In this document: positions 55,546 through 64,000 of the stretch, piece by piece | Layout: each line of letters starts with the position of its first letter | Position numbering within the stretch: the stretch's first letter is position 1 | Origin: Eledone cirrhosa | Lineage: Eukaryota | Reading direction: 5' to 3' | DNA: 64,000 nucleotides | Assembly (NCBI GenBank): GCA_964016885.1 | Contig: OZ024745.1 | Coordinates: forward strand, 60,946,001 to 61,010,000 | Position numbers and translations under genes: made by a program | Notes under the pieces: model-generated | Told to the model about the DNA's origin: nothing | The model's database searches: none | The model's input: only the letters and a program-made list of their open reading frames with translations

Positions 55546-55967
55546 CTTGCAATTATTCCATATTATCAAAATACCAAAATAATTGCAGGATTATTTCAGT
55601 AATTCTATGGAGCTATTAGGGTTGTTTTAATGACTTCAGAGGCTAAGTTTTTTTTTTAAAGTTTTTTTTCTACAGTAATGAAATTACAATCACTTGTGGA
55701 ATAATTAATTCCCCCGGGTAATATTTGTTACTATAAATTAAAAGATGAAGGTGCCCTAGTTAAGGGTTCATAGATTTCAGTAATGTTTGTTACAAAGAAG
55801 ATAAAAATATAATAAAATTAACGCCTACTAGAGAAATTTATGAATAGTTTCTAATGATAGAAAAACATGAATAGAAATAGAATTAATAAAAATGAATAAA
55901 TAGATGTGTATTGTATGAAAATAGAATTTGAAGATATTAGAAGAGGTAATTTTGACAGGTAAAATAA

Positions 55968-56160
55968 TTTTTGCTATAGGCACAAGGCCAGCAATTTTGG
56001 GAGAGGAGGGGGGGGGGGTCAATTAAATCGACCCCAGTGCATTACTGGTGCTTTATTTTATTGACCCCCATAAGGATGAAAGGCAAAGCTAACCTCGGCG
56101 GGATTTGAACTTAGAATGTAAAAGCCATAGCTCTATGCCGCAAAGCATAGTGTCTGACAC
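55968..56160 (-). mobile_element. SINE family A
   Basis: Colinear with other copies. Confidence 0.8.
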
Positions 56161-56799
56161 TACTGTTACTAAAGGTTTCTAATTAGAAATATATTTTTCT
56201 TTTTAAATGATAATATATAGGTGGTGTATTACAGTTGGTTTTGCCTGTAGTCTGTCCCATAGTATCGGGCATGTATTTAATTAAAAGTAGTTAAGAAAGA
56301 GTCAAAGCAGTATAAAAGTTTGTGTTGTAAACAACTGATGTATGTGTTTAACTTATACTGTGCTTAAAAGTAATTAAGAAAACACTTTAGGAAACCTTAT
56401 GTCAACTATATTTGACAAATAGAAGTTATACAATTGTGTGTACCAACTGATGTACAGTTGTTGTTATTTTTCAGTAACTTTTGTTGCTTAACATCAGGTC
56501 ATCTCTGATTGAGGAGACCTAGAAACCAAAGTCATAACCATAACATTTTCTTTTATATTTGTTCAGATATGCATCTAGGAGCTCAATATCTAATGTTTAA
56601 ACGGTTAAAAGATTTGCTTCACAATCATTAGGTCCCAGTTTCTATTCCACTGATTGGCATTTGGGGCCAGTGTCATTTATCATAGCCTTATGTTAACTCA
56701 TGCCCTTGTGATTGAAACTGAGTAAGCACAAACTGATTGTAAGCTTGTCAGGTGGACTGTAGTAGTAGTAATAGTAGTATTAGTAGTAGCAGTAGTACT

Positions 56800-57120
56800 G
56801 GCACTCTGTTGGTTATGACAACAAGCATTCCTGTTGATACGTTCAATGGAACAGCCTGTTCATGAAATTAATGTGCAAATGGCTGAGCATTCCACAAACA
56901 TGCATACCCTTAATGTTGTTCCCAGAGAGATTCAGCATGACACAGAATGTGACAAGGCCAGCCCTTCAAATTACAGATACAACTCATTTTTGCCAGCTGA
57001 GTGGATTAGAGCAACGTGAAATAAAGTGTCTTGCTCAAGCACACAGCGTGCTACTGGGAATCGAACTCACGACCTTACGATCATGAGCTGAATATCCTAA
57101 CCACTAAGTCATGTGCCTTC
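56800..57120 (-). mobile_element. tRNA-derived SINE (other family; related heads at about 47000-47140 and 29200-29400)
   Basis: Minus strand: gacttagtggttagg...gagttcgattccc...cttgagcaagacactttatttcac...cactcagctg. Confidence 0.75.
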
Positions 57121-57332
57121 ACAGATTGACTGTACCAGTAATTCAAAAAGCTAGCTTTGTCATCCACTGTGCCATACTGAATCTTCCTGAGAATTACCTT
57201 TGTGGAATGCTCAGCCGCTTACACATTAATCTCGTATTGATTGAACAACTGGAACACTTATTGTCGAAATTGATGGAAGCCCATTATAATTCCAACAAAC
57301 ATCTCCCTTCTTTTCAGGTGGTAGAATGTGAT

Positions 57333-57572
57333 TTAACCCTTTAGTTACCAACCTGGCCAAATCCGGCTCTAGTTCTATCAAATAAAATCACCTATTTTAA
57401 AGGTTTCCAATTTAAATTAAAATCTTCCAACATAATTTTATATAAGAATCTTATATTAAGTTACTATCTTAGTAATGAAATAATTAATAATTTTAATAAT
57501 TCCCTCAAAATTTTCCATTAATTAATTAAAATAGAGTGTATTTCATTATAAATGCAGTCATGAAAGGGTTAA
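57333..57572 (-). mobile_element. TTAA-flanked (piggyBac-like) MITE family C
   Basis: Perfect TTAA|CCCTTT...AAAGGG|TTAA ends. Confidence 0.82.
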
Positions 57573-57734
57573 ATGAGATTTAGCTATTTTTAGTAGGTTG
57601 TTTGTTTACATGGAGAGAGAAAATGGTCTATCTAGCATGTACCAAATCTTATTTATTTTCACTAGATACAAGATTGGTAGAAGATGGTGAATGAAATCTT
57701 AGGATATTCAGGTGTTATTTAATTGAAATGAAAT

Positions 57735-57930
57735 GGTTTCTGATTTAGGCTCAAGGCCAACAATGTTTGGGGAAGGGAAAGTCGATTAAATCGACCCCAA
57801 TGTGTTACTGGAACTTTATTTTATCGACCTTGAAAGGATGAAGCAAAGCTAACATCGGCGGGATTTGAACGTAAAGGGACGTAACTCTATACTGCGAAGC
57901 ATGGTGTCCGACACTCTACCAATACTTCCA
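57735..57930 (-). mobile_element. SINE family A
   Basis: Colinear with other copies. Confidence 0.8.
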
Positions 57931-58766
57931 TTCCTCCTTATAATAAAAAAAACTGGGTTGTGTTTTCTCTACTTTCCATGTACAATGCCAGTTGTGTAAA
58001 GTTAAGTAATCTCCCTCCTCTCCCATCCCTAACACGAATGCATATTTATATGATGCACAAAAGAAAACTTCTTTTTGTTTCATTACTATTCAGTATGGTG
58101 ACCCCAATTTTGTCAAGGTCATAACTGAATTATGTGCAAATCAGTGTTTGTAATACATTTGTGTTATCTTTAATGGTTGCTGAAAGATGAATGAATTCAA
58201 GTGATGCTAATTATTATGACCTCCTCATGTCTGATAACCAATACATTATACTTTAATTATTACAGTCAACCAGACATGTCATTTTTTTTCTCTCTTTTTC
58301 CACCTGTGACACATAACTGTTAATTTACTTGCTAATTATCTTCCTTACAGATATTTATTATGAATTCCTTCATTGTACTGTATAGGACACCCCCAATAGA
58401 TTTTAATACTGCCTCAATTCTAAATATGGGCCATGCCTCTGTCCATTTAGATGTTGTATTGCTTCAGGTGAGCTATGATTGAATAGAGCCATTATCAAAG
58501 CTGTTCCAGTTCTGACCACCCCATATTTTTTTGTTTTTTATCTATGACTACATTGTCTAACGTGTCCCCTCTTCTCCATAACATTGTAATGTGTAATTTG
58601 AAGATTTAGCTGTTATTTCTAGCAGGTTGAGCCATCAAATGGCTGGCTGCTTCATTCATAAATCTAGTTCTGCCACATATCTGCCCCCGCTTTCCTTCAA
58701 TCATTGATATCTGAAAGTGAATTCTGAAGAAAGTCATTTATCTGGTAACTAAATGTTTCCTTACAG

Positions 58767-58896
58767 CAGGGTTTCCCAAACTTTTTCAAATGCAGAACCC
58801 TTCAGAAACATTTCAGCCATAATATGAATATATTCCTCTACCTTTTTTCATGGAACCCCAGACACTCCTTTGCGGAACCCACTTTGGGAACCACTG
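58767..58896. mobile_element. hAT (Charlie-like) MITE with 8-bp TSD
   Basis: TIR cagggtttcccaaa / tttgggaaccactg; TSD ccttacag (58759-58766) / cctcacag (58897-58904). Confidence 0.82.
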
Positions 58897-59513
58897 CCTC
58901 ACAGAAAACCATTATATCATTAATAACAGTTCCTATAACATTTTCTTTTTGTTTTTACCCAAGGTTTTCCAATTAGCTCTTATTTAGTATTTGAACTATC
59001 CTGTTACACTTACCACTCAGCTTTATACCACTTCCTGTTGTTTCCCCTTTTCAAGCTCTGTACCAAACATTACATGCAGTTCTTCATTTTGAGAAATATC
59101 ACTCACTGGGACACTCACCCTTACTATAATGATACTGACCTAATTTTTCAAATTCCTGATTAATTCTACCAGTTCTCATCCAAATGGGACCTTGTTGAGT
59201 ATGGGCAACATCTTGCCTCTTCAAACACAATAAGATATTTTTAAATATATTTAAAAATAAGGGTTTTCTTTTATTACATTGACATAAAGGCACAGACTAG
59301 TATTAACTTTTTTATTTTTAATTTTGAAAGAATAAATAAAGGCACCTGGAGGAATATGGTAATGTCATGAGTTAGAAGTGTATATAATCTCAATCTGAAT
59401 GATTTTAGGTTTTGGTGGAGAAGTGTATATATATATATATATAAAGAAAAAAAGATGAAATCGAAAATGCAATGAGTCTTATTTAAAAAAAAATATATAT
59501 ATTTATTTGGTCC

Positions 59514-59549
59514 CTTTACCGGTTTCGCAGTTCTTCTGCTTTTCAAAAG
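59514..59549 (-). ncRNA. Minimal hammerhead-like motif with U3-A8 core
   Basis: cuu UUGAAAA gcag-aagaa-cugc GAAA ccgg UA aag, in an about 140-bp island between (TA)n tracts. Confidence 0.55.
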
Positions 59550-59799
59550 TAGAGTTGAGATGGAGGGTCTGTGGTTTTTCTCACACACATATACATATAT
59601 ATATATATATAAAGAATTTATATCTAGTAACATTTATATACATACAGATGCATATCAATGCTAGCAAATATATAGGTTTTGTCTTAGTAACATTGTGGTT
59701 CAATGCATGGGGTTGCAGAACAATAATATGAGAGACGTCAGATAAGAAAATTATAAAATTATAAAAAAATTATAAAATTAACTTACTTACTAAAATATC

Positions 59800-59881
59800 A
59801 CTTCCAACTAATTAGTTTCTGGAATGGAGTAAATATGTTTTCCGAAGAATATATAGAAAAGCATTCCGTCGTCAGGAAAGT
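59800..59881 (-). ncRNA. Type I hammerhead ribozyme, left arm mirror copy
   Basis: Reverse complement of 60462-60543. Confidence 0.8.
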
Positions 59882-60461
59882 CTATTTTCATGTAAGTTTC
59901 CAGGCATAGCGAGGACTCTGGAAACTTATTAAAAAATAATTCAGTGGAAAGGAAATAGCGAAGCGTGGACTGAAATCCTAGCCATTGAGAAAATCACTGC
60001 CTCTACGTCTGTGGCAAATTCAAAAAGAATCAATCACGTGACATCGAGGTCAATCAGTGGAAAGCGAGTTGTTAATAAGACAGCGGCCTGCCTACTACTA
60101 TAGCAGCAGTCATGGCCAATATTGCTCGACAAATGAATTGGAGATAATTATAAAGAATTTATATCTAGTAACATTTATATACATACAGATGCATATCAAT
60201 GCTAGCAAATTTGTCGAGCAATATTGGCCATGACTGCTGCTATAGTAGTAGGCAGGCCGCTGTCTTATTAACAACTCGCTTTCCACTGATTGACCTCGAT
60301 GTCACGTGATTGATTCTTTTTGAATTTGCCACAGACGTAGAGGCAGTGATTTTCTCAATGGCTAGGATTTCAGTCCACGCTTCGCTATTTCCTTTCCACT
60401 GAATTATTTTTTAATAAGTTTCCAGAGTCCTCGCTATGCCTGGAAACTTACATGAAAATAG

Positions 60462-60543
60462 ACTTTCCTGACGACGGAATGCTTTTCTATATATTCTTCG
60501 GAAAATATATTTACTCCATTCCAGAAACTAATTAGTTGGAAGT
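60462..60543 (+). ncRNA. Type I hammerhead ribozyme, right arm of the inverted repeat
   Basis: acuuuc CUGACGA cggaaug[loop]cauucca GAAA cuaauuag UU^ ggaagu. Stem I 6 bp, stem II 6 bp, palindromic stem III, GUU triplet. Confidence 0.8.
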
Positions 60544-61371
60544 GATATTTTAGTAAGTAAGTTAATTTTATAATTTTTTTATAATATAGTTTATTCATTG
60601 GGATTTATCGCCAACACTGTAAAATGCTTTTGGAAATTGATTTGACTGTGTGTTAGTTTTTATTCAGTAGTCTAAGTAATAAGAAATCTATGGTGAGGAA
60701 GATAATTTTGAAAGGGTTTATAGTATTGGATAAGTAGGATTGAAGAAAATGTTTAACACTTCTGATACCTTATTTATAATGAAAGACACTGCTCATGATT
60801 TTGAAATTATTTTGAAAATATCAGGAATTTGGAGATATTTAGAAATATAACTAACTTACCTTTTTTCTTGTGAAGCTGGTGTTTGGAATATAATTTAACA
60901 AAGGTTCTTACATAAAATTGTTATGAGCAAGACATGGTCATCTGACCTGGCTTATCTCACAATGGGACAACTTGTCTAACCCATGCTAGCATGGAAAAAT
61001 GGGCGTTAAAGGGTGATGTTGATAAACACTTAAAACAAACAGCTTTGTATCGTAGTACCATGGATGGGTTCATGCAGTTTGATATCAGAATGGTTAATAC
61101 AGAGCAAGAGTTAGGTTAAAATAAGAGAATATCAAATGGTTTTAGGTAAGGGTGACAAAGAAAAAATATTGTGTCAGTTGACGAGTCATCATATCATGAG
61201 TAAGTTAAGGTAAATGACCTCTTGAATGTAATTTAGAGTATACATATGTTTAACCTTTTTGATACCAAGCCATACAAAACTGCTGCTTTAAAGTGTTTTT
61301 ATTTATCTAAAAAAGAAAACCCTCCATTATAATTTTCTGTAAGAACTTTTATGTTCACTAACTAAAATAAT

Positions 61372-61572
61372 TGTTTCTGATTTAGGCACAAGGCCAACGA
61401 TTTTGGTGGAGAGGAAAGTTAATTAAATTGCCTCCAGTGCATTACGGTTACTTTATTTTATCGATCCGGTGAGGATGAAAGTCAAAGCTAACCATCGCAA
61501 GATTTGAACTCAGGTTGTAACTATATGCTGTGAAGCATGTTCGACGCTCTACCGATACTGCCAATCCACCAC
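61372..61572 (-). mobile_element. SINE family A
   Basis: Colinear; flanked by the aactaaaataat direct repeat. Confidence 0.8.
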
Positions 61573-62554
61573 AAACTAAAATAATGAGAAAGTTAAATTA
61601 CTGAATCCCTCCAAATTCTTTACTATTTTCAAAGTTATTTGAAAATCATAGGCTAATGAAAGAGTTAACTGCCAGATGGGATTCAGCAAAGGATTTTCAT
61701 TTCAGCACCAGATAATTTTTTTGTTATTTGTGATTTGTCACTAAATTTTGTATCCTACTTTCAGTGATAAATATACTCTAAATATAGAATGGTATCTTCA
61801 TTGATATCTATAGCAAATTCTTCAGTTTCATGTATCTGTCAAATAAAAACTGTCCTTGTTGACCTGTTTGAAATGTAAACTAGATAAATCGGACTCTTTT
61901 GACTTGCTTCAACAGCAAAAAGTTTTATTTTGAAATATATTTATCTCCAGTCGTTCATTGGTTTAACTATTTTTTACATATCAAAATGTTTTGATGATAA
62001 TCTAATTTTAGCCTTATTCTTTATTTAATTTTCTTTAGTTTATATAAAACTGTTTATTTGGTTAAACATACAGAAAAAGAGAGCAATATTGGAAAGGACT
62101 ATAAATGTCATAAATGAGAGGGGAAGAGGAAGAACTACGATAAAAAGAAAGGAGAAAGGGGTGACAGACTTCACACCTATGTCAGTGAAATGTTTCGGCT
62201 GTGTCACGGACAAAATGCCAAAGGCATTTTATTTATATCATAAGAAATACGTGTTTATGCATACACACACATGTACGTCTTTGATACCTAATCAATTACT
62301 CAATTCATTTATATTCAAATTTAGTTGTAAATTATTGCAGATACAACAGACCAAATTCAATTCATTCTTCCTATGCATAAACTGCTAATGTTTCATGCAG
62401 GTCTCTCTTCTCTCCTTTCCACACTACTGATGTTATCAAAAAAGGAAAGGAAAGACAAAGCTGACTGTGGCAAGATTTGAAACCCGGACTACTCAAACAA
62501 ATGCAGTGAAGCAATTAATCCAATGCTGTAATGACTTAATCAATTTGCCTTATA

Positions 62555-62739
62555 CAGGTAAAATTCTGTTTTAACGAATACCATAACAAATTTTTCAATA
62601 TAACAACATTTTTTTCAATCCCCGAGGTAATAACAAACAAATGCTCAATTTATTTCACTCAATCTTGTTATAAAGAGTTTTTTGTTACAACAAATTTTTT
62701 TTTATACCCAGTGAATTTCGTTATAACAGAATTTCACTG
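62555..62739. mobile_element. pogo/Tigger-like MITE
   Basis: TA|caggtaaaattctgttttaacgaa ... ttcgttataacagaatttcactg|TA. Confidence 0.78.
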
Positions 62740-63764
62740 TATATAAACCATCATTGTTTTAATGGGCCTTTCTTGCTGCTTGCAAAAATTGGTTAGGACT
62801 GTCATACAGCTTATTGCCACTTATCTTGATTGTTTGGTATTTTAAGATCTGACTTCACCACTTTCTATGTCATTCTCAGTCTCCTACAATGGGCATCTTC
62901 CACATTTAATACATAGCTCTTTAGCACTTATCATTTATCCTCCATTCACATCATATTAGCAGTCACCTCTCCTGCATACATTGACTTTTCATAGCCATCT
63001 TCTTTCCTAGCTCACATATACTCTGCTTTCCATGCAAGATAACACTACACATCCAACATGTACTTGACACATTTCTTGGTAGATCTTCTACATTTAATAT
63101 CCACATTTCACTTTTATCTAATATAACACATTTTTCTATTTTCATGGAAATAGCATTTTATTATTGCTTCATATTGAGTCAGCTCTGTTTAAATAGAACT
63201 TTGGTAATAAGTATTTCAGTCTAGCACTAATTAGGTTACCTTGATAATAGAAATTACACTGAACAAATCATCTGGGAAATTTAAGAACTTCATTCAATGG
63301 GTGTTGCTAGCAGTAACTGCTTCTATGTTTCTATCACATCTGAAATCCTTATTCTGTGCCGGTTTACCAGAGATCCCATAGTTTGTAACAAAAGGGTTAA
63401 GGTTTGAAATCATGATCTTGTGATTAGTAGTTTAGTACCTTGATCTCACAGCTACTATGCTGCTAGCAAGACTAGGAAGTCAACAATATGTTTCACAGCC
63501 AACAGTTTCACTTTCATGTTCATAAAAATCTGTTTTTATCTTTTTATCTTCCAGAGATTATCAAAATAAGTACTACTGTACTGTGGGGAGTTGTTGTCAC
63601 TTTTTCCAATATACAACAGTTCCTGCTTCTTTGAATTAGAATGATGTGGTCTAACCCATGCTAGTGTGGAAAATGGACGTTAAACAGTGATGATGATGAT
63701 GATGATTATTATCACCCTGTCTAAGCTTACAAAATCCATCTATCTCTCCTCTCATCATCCTTTC

Positions 63765-63890
63765 TGTTCTGAGTTCAAACCCTGCAGAGATTAGTTTTGC
63801 TTCATCCTTATGAGGTCAATAAAATAAAGCACCAATAACACACTGGGGTCGATTTAATTGACTTTTCTCTCCTCTTCAAAATGCTGGCCT
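63765..63890 (+). mobile_element. SINE family A, 5'-truncated
   Basis: B-box and core present. Confidence 0.7.
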
Positions 63891-64000
63891 TTATTTAAGC
63901 TGGCACATTACTGCACCAGCTCCTAAAATTCTTGCACTTAACCCTTTAATGTTCAAACCGGCCAGAATTCTCTACTTCTTTCTGTTCAAACTGGCTGTAA

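Larger units (their letters stand above)
59758..60585. repeat. 377-bp near-perfect inverted repeat with 74-bp spacer
   Basis: Arms 59758-60134 and 60209-60585, one mismatch seen (59837). The spacer plus junction (about 60149-60210) duplicates about 59608-59670. Confidence 0.93.

Overview
AT-rich, microsatellite-dense animal genomic DNA; the repeat content suggests an octopus-like cephalopod (inference). Two host genes diverge head-to-head. CFAP206 lies on the minus strand (coding exons 14208-14315 and 12619-12702; exon 3 not seen in the window). A DOCK1/2/5-family gene lies on the plus strand (first coding exon 32599-32644, intron apparently running past the window end), behind a CpG-rich promoter at about 32150-32350. 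The rest is transposon-derived. It includes a young, nearly intact Penelope-like retroelement (3800-8089; RT + GIY-YIG; 289-bp pseudo-LTRs, each with a type I hammerhead ribozyme) and a complete-ended non-autonomous Helitron (8465-10137). There are also RTE, CR1, R4/Dong and CRE-like LINE fragments, a mariner relic, many tRNA-derived SINEs and several MITE families. The most striking pattern is a set of unrelated short, often palindromic, (TA)n-associated elements that each carry a hammerhead fold. These include a 377-bp near-perfect inverted repeat with intact mirror-image hammerheads and one U3-A8 core variant. Nearly all other ORFs in the track are microsatellite or antisense artefacts. All structures were read by eye, and the coordinates of decayed repeats are approximate.
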